Below, one piece after another: positions 1-9,912 of a stretch of DNA of 55,314 nucleotides. The notes under the pieces were generated by a model. That model saw nothing but the letters and a program-made list of their open reading frames with translations, made no database searches and was not told the origin of the DNA. Origin of the DNA: Nitrospinota bacterium (lineage in GTDB: Bacteria > UBA8248); NCBI GenBank assembly GCA_030754595.1, contig JASLZZ010000110.1, forward strand, positions 1-55,314, read 5' to 3'. Position 1 is the first letter of the stretch; every line of letters begins with the position of its first letter. A program made the position numbers and the translations under genes.

Positions 1-1020
1 CGCCCCCGTCAACTCGCCCACTCCGCTGATTTCGCCGCGCACGGCGCTCCCCGTCGCCGCGATCTCTTTTTGCAATTCCTCGCGGACGATCCGAACCTCG
101 CTCTTGAGCGCCCCCGTCAACTCACCCACGGCCTTCTCGCCCGAGGCGAGCACCTTCTCGAGGCCCTCGCCCACCCTGTCGAAGCGGGCCAGCAACCGGT
201 CGGCCGCGCTGAGGCGGCCCTTGAGTTCGGCCACGAAGTCGGACGAGTCGCCCGCCAGCTTCGTGAACGAGTCCGCCGTCCGGTCCACCTGGGCCAACGA
301 CTTGCGGACCCTCTGGAGGGTCAGTTGAAACTCCTTGACGGCGGGCCCGATATTTTTCTCGAGGCGATCGGCCGCCTTTCCCAGCGAAGCGAGGAACCGC
401 GTGATTGTCCGCTCATTCTCCTCGCTCAAAATATTCTCCACCCGGGCCACCGCCCGGCCTGTCGCCCCCAGAATCGTATCGAACTTCGTGCGCGCGCTCC
501 GGACGAGCTTCTGGATGTCTGAGAAAACCAGTTGGGCCGTCTCGTCGAGCCCCCCGAGAACCTTGTTCATCCGGGAGGCCACCCCCTGCGCCTCGTTGAT
601 CACGTCCTGGAAACTCGCCGCCTCCTGGCCCCGGAGGACGGAGCCGGGCCTGAACAGCGGCGCGTCCGGCGAGCCCAGCGTGATTGAAAGATACATCGAC
701 CCTGTGACCCCGACCGATGTCACCAACACCCTCGAGTCCCGCCGAATCGGCGTTCCCGTGTTGACGGAAATGACAGCCTCAGCCATCCGCGCGTTCCGCA
801 CCGATATGCCCACGTTCTCGACGCGCCCGACCTTGAGCCCGCCGAGGCGCACGATGCTGCCGTTCTCCAGGCCGGCCACGGTCTTGAACAACACGCTGTA
901 AGTGTCCTTGCTCCCTCCCAGCCCCAAGCCCATCAAAGAAACGATGAACAGTGCGAAGATTCCCAGGCCGGCGGCGACGAAGAGGCCCACCTTCACTTGA
1001 TTACCCGTATTTTCCGGCAT
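1..1020 (-). CDS. mlaD: MlaD/MCE family protein with long helical C-terminal region (3' end runs off window)
   Basis: Minus-strand ATG at 1018-1020 reads MPENTGNQVKVGLFVAAGLGIFALFIVSLMGLG...YSVLFKTVAGLENGSIVRLGGLKVGRV, a TM anchor plus MCE-domain motif. It lies directly downstream of the mlaF-like ATPase. Confidence 0.88.
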   Translation of the reverse strand, partial: MPENTGNQVKVGLFVAAGLGIFALFIVSLMGLGLGGSKDTYSVLFKTVAGLENGSIVRLGGLKVGRVENVGISVRNARMAEAVISVNTGTPIRRDSRVLVTSVGVTGSMYLSITLGSPDAPLFRPGSVLRGQEAASFQDVINEAQGVASRMNKVLGGLDETAQLVFSDIQKLVRSARTKFDTILGATGRAVARVENILSEENERTITRFLASLGKAADRLEKNIGPAVKEFQLTLQRVRKSLAQVDRTADSFTKLAGDSSDFVAELKGRLSAADRLLARFDRVGEGLEKVLASGEKAVGELTGALKSEVRIVREELQKEIAATGSAVRGEISGVGELTGA

Positions 1021-1022
1021 TC

Positions 1023-1853
1023 TTAGTGCTCCTTGCTGCCGCCTGCGGTGAGGTACTCGAGGTATTCGTGTGGATCGACCTTCTCATCATCCGCATGGCG
1101 CTGGAAGAACTGCTGCACCTTCGGATGATCGGTCTTCATGACCTCTTCCAGTGGCCCTATCGCTGTCGGCTCCCCCTGAAAGAGCATGATCACGCGGTCG
1201 GCGATTTTCTTGATGGACTCCATTTCGTGGGTGACGACCACTATCGTCATCCCGAAGGTGTCCCTCAGCCTGAGGATCAAGTCGTCGAGGCCGGCCCCCG
1301 CAATCGGGTCCAGGCCCGCCGAGGGCTCGTCGAAGAACAATACCTCCGGGTCCATCGAAATAGCCCGTGCGAGACCGGCCCGCTTTTTCATTCCGCCCGA
1401 AAGCTGATCGGGCTTGAGGTCCTCGAAACCGGCCAGATCCACCAGGCCCAGCTTCATCCGCACCTGAATCCCGATCGTCGCCTCGGGGAGATCGGTGTAC
1501 TCCCGAAGGGGAAGCGCTACATTCTCGCCGACGGTGAGCGAATTGAACAGCGCGCCTCCCTGAAAAAGCACCCCCATCCGGCGGCGGACGGGCTGCCACT
1601 CCTCCTCGGTCATCGTCGCCGTCTCGTGCCCGAAAACCCGGATCGAGCCCTCCGAGGGCTGGAGCAGCCCGACAATATGGCGCAATAGCGTCGATTTCCC
1701 GCTGCCGCTCCCGCCCAAGATGACGAATATTTCCCCCTTATGGATGTCGAAGCTGACATCCTTGAGGATTTTCCGGGTGCCGTAGTAGGTCACGAGATTT
1801 CGCACCTCGACAACCACGTCTCCGGCTTCACCGTTTATTGCCTCACTCGCCAC
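1023..1853 (-). CDS. mlaF: ABC transporter ATP-binding protein, MlaF/Mkl family
   Basis: Walker A GGSGSGKS, LSGGMKKRAGLARA signature, FFDEPSAGLDP, VVVTHE. GTG start at 1853 chosen inside the longer ORF 1023..2528. Confidence 0.92.
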   Translation of the reverse strand: MASEAINGEAGDVVVEVRNLVTYYGTRKILKDVSFDIHKGEIFVILGGSGSGKSTLLRHIVGLLQPSEGSIRVFGHETATMTEEEWQPVRRRMGVLFQGGALFNSLTVGENVALPLREYTDLPEATIGIQVRMKLGLVDLAGFEDLKPDQLSGGMKKRAGLARAISMDPEVLFFDEPSAGLDPIAGAGLDDLILRLRDTFGMTIVVVTHEMESIKKIADRVIMLFQGEPTAIGPLEEVMKTDHPKVQQFFQRHADDEKVDPHEYLEYLTAGGSKEH

Positions 1854-1864
1854 CGCTCGCGCTC

Positions 1865-2692
1865 CTACTCGATCGCATAGAAAAACGCCGTGAACACCAA
1901 ATTGGCGAAAATAATCAGGAAAATCGAGACGACCACCGAGTTCGTCGTGGAGCGTCCCACGCCCTCCGCGCCTCCCTCGACCTTGATACCCAGATAGCAG
2001 CCCGTCATGGCGATGAGGAAACCGAACACAAAGCTCTTCGTCAGCCCCCGCATCACGTCGCCCATGTCGATGGCGTCCATGGTGTGGCGAATGTATTGCC
2101 ACGAACCCAGATCGACAACGGTGACCGAGAGAAGCCAGCCGCCGAAAATCCCCATGAAGTCGGCGATGAGCGTCAGAATCGGCACGGCAATCATCATCGC
2201 CAGAATGCGCGGCACCATGAGGAAGCGGACGGGGTTGAGCCCCATCGTCGTCAGCGCATCGATCTCCTCGGCCATTTTCATGCTGCCGATCTCGGCCGTG
2301 AACGCCGAGCCGCTTCGCCCGGCGACGATGATGGCGGTGAGCAAGGGCCCAAGCTCCCGCGTCATCGACAGGGCGACCGCGTTCGCGACGAGGAGTAGTT
2401 GTCCGAACTGCTTGAGGAGCGATGCGCTCTGGAGGGCCGAGATCATGCCCACGAAAAAATTGATGATGACAACGATGAAGATCGCTTCCCAGCCGACCCG
2501 CACACCCTGCTCGATGGCGCTCTCCCACCTGACCCCGCTGCGCTCCCGCTTCCAGGGAGCGAGGAAGCCCCAGTAAGCCATCTCGCGGCAGAGCCCGGCG
2601 GCATTCCGGATCGTCGCGCCGGCATCCATCACCGCTCGTCCGAGCGCCGCCAGCGCTTCGATCCCGGGGGAGGTCTCCTGCTTGCCGGCCAA
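1865..2692 (-). CDS. mlaE: ABC transporter permease, MlaE family
   Basis: RELGPLLTAIIVAGRSGSAFTAEIGSMKMAEEIDAL and GAEGVGRSTTNSVV MlaE motifs. Confidence 0.93.
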   Translation of the reverse strand: MAGKQETSPGIEALAALGRAVMDAGATIRNAAGLCREMAYWGFLAPWKRERSGVRWESAIEQGVRVGWEAIFIVVIINFFVGMISALQSASLLKQFGQLLLVANAVALSMTRELGPLLTAIIVAGRSGSAFTAEIGSMKMAEEIDALTTMGLNPVRFLMVPRILAMMIAVPILTLIADFMGIFGGWLLSVTVVDLGSWQYIRHTMDAIDMGDVMRGLTKSFVFGFLIAMTGCYLGIKVEGGAEGVGRSTTNSVVVSIFLIIFANLVFTAFFYAIE

Positions 2693-2695
2693 CGC

Positions 2696-3028
2696 CTAAA
2701 GCCCCTCTTTCGCCTGCTCCGCGTCCGGATAGATATCGAAGACATCCGTCAGGAGGGCGAGTTCGAATACCTGCTTGACCTTTTCGGTCAGCCCCGCGAT
2801 CCGGAATTTTCCGCCGTACGAGGTGGTTTCCTGAAGCCCCTCGACCAGGGTGGCGATGCCCGAGCTGTCCATGTAGCTCACCTCCCCGAGGTCCACAACG
2901 ATCGCCGGCGCCTTGCCCGCGATCAGGTCCATCAGGCTATCACGAACGGTCGGCGAGTTGGACATATCCACTTCGCCCGACACTCGAACGAGGGATGCGT
3001 TTCCCAAATCCTCGATTTCAATTTCCAT
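2696..3028 (-). CDS. STAS-domain protein (anti-sigma factor antagonist RsbV/SpoIIAA-like, or MlaB-like)
   Basis: VSGEVDMSNSP...VVDLGEVSYMDSSGIATLV with the phosphoacceptor-type DSSG serine. Confidence 0.9.
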   Translation of the reverse strand: MEIEIEDLGNASLVRVSGEVDMSNSPTVRDSLMDLIAGKAPAIVVDLGEVSYMDSSGIATLVEGLQETTSYGGKFRIAGLTEKVKQVFELALLTDVFDIYPDAEQAKEGL

Positions 3029-3450
3029 CAATCCTGCGCCCCCGTAGTGGATACGATTTTTTCAAGAAAAAGACAGGTTCCCTCTTCGCCGCAATCCTCG
3101 AACTCCATGCGGTCCATCACCTCCTGGATGAAGTGAACCCCGAGCCCGCCGGGGCGGACGTCGGCCAGGTCCCGGGAGCGGATTTTCGATGGGTCCACTT
3201 TTTTTCCGAAATCGCGCAGAATGAAAAAGAGGGTGCTCCCCTCGATCTTCCCCTCGCAGATTATCGGCTTGTCCGTCGCGCCCTCGTAGCTGTGCCGGAT
3301 GATGTTCGAGCAGGCTTCGTCCACGGCGAGAGTGATCTTGCAGCTCTCGTTCTCGTCCATTCCCGCCATCGAGCACAGCGACTCCACCGAGGAGCGGACG
3401 ATTTTCAGGCACGCGGGATCCGAGGGTATCTCGATCTGAAACCGTTTCAC
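3028..3450 (-). CDS. RsbW/SpoIIAB-like anti-sigma factor Ser/Thr kinase (HATPase_c)
   Basis: LAVDEACSNIIRHSY, LRDFG and RPGGLGVHFIQEVMD motifs; abuts or overlaps both neighbours. Confidence 0.9.
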   Translation of the reverse strand: MKRFQIEIPSDPACLKIVRSSVESLCSMAGMDENESCKITLAVDEACSNIIRHSYEGATDKPIICEGKIEGSTLFFILRDFGKKVDPSKIRSRDLADVRPGGLGVHFIQEVMDRMEFEDCGEEGTCLFLEKIVSTTGAQD

Positions 3451-4796
3451 CGTCCGCCCTCCCAGGAGATTGAAACCAGCGTCATATCGTCGGCCTGGGA
3501 CGCTCCCCGGCTGAAGGCCTCGACCGACTCGAGCACATGGGAGAGCACCCGCCGCGCCCCGGTCCCGGCCTCGGAGACGTCCACCAGCAGGTGCGGATCG
3601 TACTGCTCGCCCGAGGTATCCTGGGCCTCGGCGATGCCGTCCGAGTAGAAAAGCAGGGTGTCGGAGGGCTCGAGGCTTATCTTATCGGGCTGGTAGACCG
3701 TGGTGGGAATCATCCCCAGCGGCGGGCCGCTGGCCGACCCCGTCCACCGTGCCCCGCCCGAGGCGCCCGCCAGAAGCGGGGGCAGCTGGCCGGCGTTGCC
3801 CAACTCGAGCTCCCCTGTCGCTGGGTCCAGGATGCAGTAAACGAAAGTGACGAACATCCCACGCATCTTGCCCCTGGCGAGCGCCGCGTTCAACGCCGTC
3901 AACACCTCCGAGGGGGGATCCCCCTTGCTGCACATCATCCGGAACTCGCTCACCACCCGGGCCATGTAGAGCGCCGCGGGCACGCCCTTGCCCGATACAT
4001 CCCCCAGAGCGAGGCCGACCCGACCGTCCGGCAAGACCTCACAGGCGTAGAGATCGCCGCCCACCTCCTGGGCCGAGCGGGTGAAGGCGTCGACCTCGAA
4101 GCGTTTCTCCTCGTCTTCGGGCAACGCGGCCGGAAGAAAGCTCCGCTGGATTTCCGCCGCCATTTTTATCTGCTGATCGAGGAGACTCTGCTTCATCTCA
4201 TTTTCATGGAGGCGGGCGTTCTCGACGGCGACAGCCACCTGGCGGCAGAAAGTGGCGAAGAGTTCGAGGTCGTGGTTGGTGAACGGGCGGCCCTCCTTGT
4301 GGTTGAGGACCTCGCTCACCCCGACGATACCGTCGTGGACGATCAGGGGGGCGGCCAGGATGGATTTCGTCTCGAACCCGGTGGCCTCGTCCGCCTTGCC
4401 GTAGAATCGATCATCCTTCGAGACATCGGCCACGAGCATGGGCTCTCCCGTCTCCGCCACCGTGCCGGCGATGCCCTGCCCCTTTTCTATACGGATGGTC
4501 TTGAGGGTATCCACGCCGACTTCACCAACGGTGAGTTCGAACTCGAGGCACTCGAGTTCGTCGTTCCAGAGCATGATCGAGGCCGCCTCGGCGTCCATCA
4601 TCTCCTTGGCCATCTGCATGACCCGGTTCATCACTTCCTGAAGGTTGAGGCTGGAGGAGACGAGAACGGTGACGTCAATCAGGCGGGAGAGATTCTCCAC
4701 CCGTGTCCTGAGGTCCTCGAGTTCGGCGGCGGCGCCGGATTCCGGGAGGCCAGTTTGGGGAGGGCTCTCGGGAGCGCTCCGGGAGGCAGCCGGCAT
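3447..4796 (-). CDS. GAF + PP2C (SpoIIE/RsbU-like) serine phosphatase
   Basis: GAF region (GQGIAGTVAETGEP...ILAAPL), then EVGGDLY, GDVSGKGVPAAL, YSDGIAE and DDMTL. Start uncertain (ATG 4796). Confidence 0.92.
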   Translation of the reverse strand: MPAASRSAPESPPQTGLPESGAAAELEDLRTRVENLSRLIDVTVLVSSSLNLQEVMNRVMQMAKEMMDAEAASIMLWNDELECLEFELTVGEVGVDTLKTIRIEKGQGIAGTVAETGEPMLVADVSKDDRFYGKADEATGFETKSILAAPLIVHDGIVGVSEVLNHKEGRPFTNHDLELFATFCRQVAVAVENARLHENEMKQSLLDQQIKMAAEIQRSFLPAALPEDEEKRFEVDAFTRSAQEVGGDLYACEVLPDGRVGLALGDVSGKGVPAALYMARVVSEFRMMCSKGDPPSEVLTALNAALARGKMRGMFVTFVYCILDPATGELELGNAGQLPPLLAGASGGARWTGSASGPPLGMIPTTVYQPDKISLEPSDTLLFYSDGIAEAQDTSGEQYDPHLLVDVSEAGTGARRVLSHVLESVEAFSRGASQADDMTLVSISWEGGR

Positions 4797-5031
4797 GTGG
4801 GCTCCCCTCTTCATTTGGAAATGGGCGGCCGGGGCGGCGCCCGCCCAGGGTCCGCCCGGCATGAAGTAATACCACTCAAGTCATTGATTACACAATATTT
4901 ACCATTACAGCCTGGGCCTAAAGCATCGCTCGAGCCATCGGGGCGGTCCAAGAAAAATTCACCCTTCATCCGCCCCTTTTCTTAAACTCCCTTATCAGGA
5001 ATTCCACCAAGACTCCTTGAAGTCATTTTTC

Positions 5032-6021
5032 TTATAGGCCCGCCCGGTTATTGTCCTTCACATCCCGGTTAATCACATTGACGGGCCACTCGCCCGAAAG
5101 CATCCGGCGAACCTCGCTCGGCGCACCGGCCTGAAGTCCCTTCATGGCCTCAAGGCTGTACCAGGCCGCGTGGGGGTTGATGATCACGTTGTCCCGGCCC
5201 CGGAGGGGATGGGGGTCGGGAAGGGGCTCGGGGTCGGTCGTATCGAGGCCGCAGCCAGCGATCTCGCCAGCGTCCAGGGCGCGCACGAGGGCGTCGGTGT
5301 CGATAATCGGCCCCCGGGAGCAGTTGACGATATAGGCGGTGCTTTTCATCCGGATGAAAACCTCGTCGTTGATCATCCCCCGGGTCTGTGGAATCAGCGG
5401 CGGGTGGATGGAGATGATGTCGGACTCGCCGAAGAGTTCATCGTTCTCCACCTTCCTTCCGGGGGCCTCGAACTGGCCCTCCTCGACGAAGGGGTCCGAG
5501 AAGAGAACCTTCATCCCGAACGCCGTCCCGCGGACGGCCACCTCGCGGGCGATGTTCCCGAAACCCAACAGGCCCAGCGTGCTCCCCTCGAGGCGGAACA
5601 AGGGCTTTCCGGCCATGACGTTCCACTCGCCCGCCCTCACCTGGCGGTCGAAGAAGGGCACCCGCCGGGCGCAGGCCAGCATCAGGGCCATGGCGTGCTC
5701 GGCCACCTCCTGGATGCAGTAGGTCGGGTTGTTGGTGACGATGATGCCCGCCTCGGTCGCCGCCTTGAGGTCGATGGTGTCCACCCCGATTCCGTATCGG
5801 GCGATGAGCTTGCACTTGGGCATCTGGGCCATCGCCTCGGCTGTGATGGGCCCGGCGTAGGTGTTCAAAATGGCGTCGCAGTCGCTCGCCTCGGGCAGGA
5901 ACTCCTCGGGGGTTTTCGTCTGGAGCGCCACGAGGCTGGCGAGCCCCTTGAGAGCCTCCTCCTCGACATCGAGTGAATCCCACACATAGTCCGTCAATAC
6001 CACCTTTGCGTCGCCGGACAT
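5032..6021 (-). CDS. D-isomer specific 2-hydroxyacid dehydrogenase (CtBP-like)
   Basis: RYGIGVDTID, GLLGFGNIA, VNCSRG, DPEPLP and NPHAAWYS motifs; GGAGG RBS upstream. Confidence 0.9.
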   Translation of the reverse strand: MSGDAKVVLTDYVWDSLDVEEEALKGLASLVALQTKTPEEFLPEASDCDAILNTYAGPITAEAMAQMPKCKLIARYGIGVDTIDLKAATEAGIIVTNNPTYCIQEVAEHAMALMLACARRVPFFDRQVRAGEWNVMAGKPLFRLEGSTLGLLGFGNIAREVAVRGTAFGMKVLFSDPFVEEGQFEAPGRKVENDELFGESDIISIHPPLIPQTRGMINDEVFIRMKSTAYIVNCSRGPIIDTDALVRALDAGEIAGCGLDTTDPEPLPDPHPLRGRDNVIINPHAAWYSLEAMKGLQAGAPSEVRRMLSGEWPVNVINRDVKDNNRAGL

Positions 6022-6219
6022 CTTGCCTTCCTCCTTCTCTTCACCCGCCTCGCGGGGGCGCCGCCTGCGGGGGCGCCGGATATTAATAGGCCGATCAGTC
6101 GTTGGATATCGGTGCGGATGCTATCCCACCCCTCCGGGCGGATCAAGACGTTGAAATCCTTGACCCTTCAAAAACTGTATGCTACCAGCTAGAAGAATCA
6201 CACCGCTCCGGGAGACCCA

Positions 6220-6786
6220 ATGACCGAAATCCAGGACTACAGGCTCACGCCCGAGACCAGTGTCCTCGTCATCATCGACCTCCAGGAAAGACTGATGGCC
6301 GCCATGCCCGAGGGCGTCCGCGAGCGGACGATTTCATCCATCGGCGTGCTGATCGCGGCGGCGGCGCGGTTCGGTATTCCCACGCTGGCGACCGAGCAAT
6401 ACCCCCGGGGGCTCGGCCCGACCGTGAGCGAGATTGCCGGGGCCGTCCCGGACTTCGCTCCGATCGAAAAAATCTCGTTCAGTTGCGCCGGCGAGGAGGA
6501 GTTCACCAACCGCCTGAGGGCCCTGGACCGTTCGCGGGTAATCCTCACGGGTTGCGAGACGCACGTCTGTTGTTACCAGACGGCGCTCGACCTGATGGCG
6601 AGCGGCTTCGTCGTTCACGCGGTGGCCGACGCCCTGTGCTCGCGGCGCAAGCTCAACTGGCGGACCGGACTCTCCGCCCTCGAGCGGGCCGGTGCGATAC
6701 CGACCACGACCGAGCAGGCGGTATTCGATCTGCTAAGAGTAGCCGGGACCGAGGACTTCAAGGCCCTCTCCCGACTCATCAAATAA
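6220..6786 (+). CDS. Isochorismatase-family cysteine hydrolase (YcaC-like)
   Basis: IIDLQERL, TEQYPRGLG, KISFSC and GCETHVCC motifs. Confidence 0.9.
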   Translation: MTEIQDYRLTPETSVLVIIDLQERLMAAMPEGVRERTISSIGVLIAAAARFGIPTLATEQYPRGLGPTVSEIAGAVPDFAPIEKISFSCAGEEEFTNRLRALDRSRVILTGCETHVCCYQTALDLMASGFVVHAVADALCSRRKLNWRTGLSALERAGAIPTTTEQAVFDLLRVAGTEDFKALSRLIK

Positions 6787-6821
6787 CCGCCCTGCCCCTT
6801 CCCTAAAGAGAGAAAAAATTC

Positions 6822-7934
6822 ATGCCTGATCCTCAAGGCCCAAAAACTCAAGGCCGCAAGATTCGCGTGGGCGTGCTGTTCGGCGGGCGCTCGTCCGAGC
6901 ACGAAGTCAGCCTGGCCTCGGGCCGGGCGATCATGGCCCACCTCGACCCGGGGCGCCACGAGGCGATGCCCATCCTCGTCACACCCGAGGGCAGATGGCT
7001 CCTACTGCCGGAGCCCTGCTCCACCCCCTCCGAGGGCCGCGAGGTGTACTTCCCGCCCACGCCCGGCGACGCCCTCCTCGTTTCGGCGGACGGCGGGGAA
7101 CCCGCCGGGGTGGATGTCTTCTTTCCCATCATCCACGGCTCCCACGGCGAGGATGGAACCCTCCAGGGTCTTTTCGAGCTGGCCGAGGCGCCCTTCGTCG
7201 GCTCGGGTTGCCTCTCCTCGGCGGCCTCGATGGACAAGGCGGCGGCCAAGGCCATCCTCCGCGCAGCGGGGCTGCCGCTGCTCCCCTCGATCACGATCAC
7301 GGGCGAGCGTTGGAAGGCCGGGCGGGAAGCCGTCCTCGAGGAGACCGAGGCCGACATCGGCTATCCGCTCTTCGTAAAACCTTCCTCGACCGGAAGCAGC
7401 GTCGGCATCCACCGGGTCGAGGCGGCGGCGGGGCTCCCGGATGCCGTCGAGGACGCCTTATCCTACGATTTCAAGGTGCTCATCGAGGAGGAGGCACACG
7501 GCAGGGAGTTTGAGTGCGCCGTCCTCGAGGACCCCGAGGGCGATGAGCCCCTGGCCACTCCCCTCGCCGAAATCCTCCCCCGGGAGGGGTGGTACGACTA
7601 CGAGGCCAAATACACGCCCGGAAAAACGGAGGTCGTCATCCCCGCCGATCTCGACGAGGGGGTCATGAGCCAGATGCAGGCCCAGGCCCGGACCGCGTTC
7701 GCGGCGCTGGGCTGCTCGGGGCTCGCGCGGGTGGATTTCTTCTACCGCGAGTCCCGGGGGGAAATTTACATCAACGAGCTCAACACCCTTCCCGGCTTTA
7801 CCGAGCTCAGCGGCTACCCCAAGATGATCGGCGAGGCGGGAATCGCCTACCCGGCGATGCTGGAGCGCCTCATCGCCTGCGCCTTCGCGCGACACGCCCG
7901 CTCCCAGGCGCGCCTCTTCCGCCGGGAAGGCTGA
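6822..7934 (+). CDS. ddl: D-alanine--D-alanine ligase
   Basis: GGRSSEHEVS, HGSHGEDG, FVKPSSTGSSVG, YDYEAKY and NELNTLPGFT motifs. Confidence 0.95.
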   Translation: MPDPQGPKTQGRKIRVGVLFGGRSSEHEVSLASGRAIMAHLDPGRHEAMPILVTPEGRWLLLPEPCSTPSEGREVYFPPTPGDALLVSADGGEPAGVDVFFPIIHGSHGEDGTLQGLFELAEAPFVGSGCLSSAASMDKAAAKAILRAAGLPLLPSITITGERWKAGREAVLEETEADIGYPLFVKPSSTGSSVGIHRVEAAAGLPDAVEDALSYDFKVLIEEEAHGREFECAVLEDPEGDEPLATPLAEILPREGWYDYEAKYTPGKTEVVIPADLDEGVMSQMQAQARTAFAALGCSGLARVDFFYRESRGEIYINELNTLPGFTELSGYPKMIGEAGIAYPAMLERLIACAFARHARSQARLFRREG

Positions 7935-7984
7935 GGCCGGCCCTCCCTTTCCTTCCGGCCGGCCAACCGACTGGGACATACGAT

Positions 7985-8920
7985 ATGATTTTCATCGGGC
8001 TCATCACACTCGCAGCCGCCGTTATTTTCATTTTCGTCCACCTGACCGCCTACGCCGTCCGTTGGGCCGTGGAGGGGCGCTGGACCCAGGACGAACGCTC
8101 CCTCGCCGAGGCCCCCCTCTCGGGAGCTCTTCACATCGCCGCCGAAATTCTCTCGTCCGGCGCCGTCCTTTTACTATTGGTGGTGGACCTGGCTCTCATC
8201 ATCCGCCACCTCCGCTGGAAACGCCCCCCTCCGGCCGCCGCCTCGGCGCCGGCGCCACCTCCGGGAGACGATTCGCTCCCACCGGGAGCCGGTCCGCCCC
8301 CCCCGCCCGGAACGGCGAGAAGACCCGTCGTCCTCCTGCACGGAGCCGGGATGCGCGGGCTCACAATGGCCCCCCTCGCCCGCAAGCTCCGCTCCGAGGG
8401 GCTCGAGGTTCATCTGTTCACCTACTGGCCGCCTGGGCTGCGGTTTGAGGCCTACGCCCGCCAGCTGAGCGACTACCTCGAGTCGATTCGAGGGGAGACG
8501 GGAGGCCTGGAATTCGACGCCGTGGGCCACAGCATGGGCGGCCTGATCCTCCGGCGCTTCATCGTCGTCCTCAATGGCCCAGTGAAGATCCGCCGGCTCG
8601 TCACCCTGGGCACCCCCCACGGCGGCTCGGTGCTATGGCGCTTCGCCCCGCCCGCGCTGGGCCGCCAGCTCCGGCCGGGTGGGGAGTTCCTGCGCCGGTT
8701 CGACGAGGCGGGCCTTCCCCCCGGCGTGGAGGCAACGGCCATCTCGGGCGGTTTCGATCAGCTGGTCGTCCCGAACGCGAACGCCCGCTGGGAGGGGGCC
8801 ACGAATCACACCATTCCCGACGCGGGCCACACTCGCCTTATTTTTCACCGGGAAACGCTTCGAATCGTTCTGGGGGCTCTCGACCAAAAGACCTTGGTCC
8901 AGGAGGTTTCCAGCCATTAA
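7985..8920 (+). CDS. Membrane-anchored alpha/beta hydrolase (lipase/esterase)
   Basis: Two N-terminal hydrophobic segments, Pro-rich linker, VVLLHG, GHSMGG nucleophile elbow, TLGTPHGGS, D and H (AGH) of the triad. ATG at 7985. Confidence 0.85.
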   Translation: MIFIGLITLAAAVIFIFVHLTAYAVRWAVEGRWTQDERSLAEAPLSGALHIAAEILSSGAVLLLLVVDLALIIRHLRWKRPPPAAASAPAPPPGDDSLPPGAGPPPPPGTARRPVVLLHGAGMRGLTMAPLARKLRSEGLEVHLFTYWPPGLRFEAYARQLSDYLESIRGETGGLEFDAVGHSMGGLILRRFIVVLNGPVKIRRLVTLGTPHGGSVLWRFAPPALGRQLRPGGEFLRRFDEAGLPPGVEATAISGGFDQLVVPNANARWEGATNHTIPDAGHTRLIFHRETLRIVLGALDQKTLVQEVSSH

Positions 8921-8949
8921 AACCGCCGCCCATTGGCGGGCCAATCGGG

Positions 8950-9867
8950 TTAAGCGCCGCCCTTGAGGAAGGGAATATAAATGTCCTCGCGGGTCGAGGG
9001 GAGGCCGTGCTCGCGGGTGATCTCGTGTTTTTGCGCGAGCACCTGATAGAGACCCAGGTAGCCGGCGTAGAAACACTCCGCCGAGCACACCAGCCAAAGG
9101 CGGTAGACCCGGTAGGTGCGCTCGCCGACAATCTCCTTGAGGAGTTCGGCGTTATTCTCGAAATTCTCGTACCACTGGTGGCAGGTCCTGGCGTAGTGGA
9201 GCCGGAGACTCTCCACGTCGAGAACCTCCCATCTCTCCTGTTCCATGACGTCCAGGATGTGGGTGATGTTGTCCATCTCGCCGTTGGGAAACACCAGTTT
9301 CTCGAGAAAGTCGGTCTGGCTCGATCGCTTCCAGTACTTCTCGTGGGTGATCCCGTGATTGAGAAACAGCCCCCCGCCGCGAAGGCGGTCGCGGACCCGG
9401 CCGAAATATGACGGGTAGTTTTCGATGCCGATGTGCTCGATGATTCCGATGGCCGAAATCTTCCGGTAAGTCTGGCCCTCGGGGAGATCGCGGTAGTCCA
9501 TGTGGTGAATCTGGCACCTGTCCCCGAGCCCCTCGCGGCGTACCCAGGCCTGGCCCCACTCGGCCTGCTCGCGCGAGAGGGTGACGCCGGTCGCTTTCAC
9601 TCCGTAGTGTTTGGCCGCCCAGATGGCCAGGCTCCCCCACCCGCAGCCGATATCGAGATACTCCTCGCCGGGCGAGAGGCGCAGTTTCCGGCAAACAAGG
9701 TCCATCTTGTCGCGCTGGGCCTGGTCGAGACACCCTTCGGGCTCTCGGTAGTAGGCGCACGTATAGAGCATGTTCTCGCACAAAAACAGATTGTAGAATT
9801 CATTCGACAAATCGTAGTGATGGGAGATCGCCTCGGCGTCGAACTCTTTCGTCCGGGTCTTGGGCAT
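8950..9867 (-). CDS. Cyclopropane-fatty-acyl-phospholipid synthase-like SAM methyltransferase (catalytic domain only)
   Basis: AISHHYDLSNEFY, YTCAYY, LDIGCGWG, TLSREQ, IEHIG, FPNGE and HYART motifs. 305 aa, lacking the usual N-terminal domain. Confidence 0.9.
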   Translation of the reverse strand: MPKTRTKEFDAEAISHHYDLSNEFYNLFLCENMLYTCAYYREPEGCLDQAQRDKMDLVCRKLRLSPGEEYLDIGCGWGSLAIWAAKHYGVKATGVTLSREQAEWGQAWVRREGLGDRCQIHHMDYRDLPEGQTYRKISAIGIIEHIGIENYPSYFGRVRDRLRGGGLFLNHGITHEKYWKRSSQTDFLEKLVFPNGEMDNITHILDVMEQERWEVLDVESLRLHYARTCHQWYENFENNAELLKEIVGERTYRVYRLWLVCSAECFYAGYLGLYQVLAQKHEITREHGLPSTREDIYIPFLKGGA

Positions 9868-9912
9868 GTCGCTTCTCCTATTTTGTACGATTTTCGGGCC
9901 AACCGTTGCCGC

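Noticed and set aside
1854..2528. N-terminal extension of MlaF (501-aa ORF)
   Set aside because: It overlaps mlaE in another frame and has shadow-like composition; the true start is likely GTG 1853.
6822..7934. Vancomycin-resistance ligase (VanA-like) near a D-hydroxyacid dehydrogenase
   Set aside because: The omega loop YDYEAKY is D-Ala-D-Ala type, the dehydrogenase is divergently oriented and CtBP-like, and there is no vanX/vanRS.
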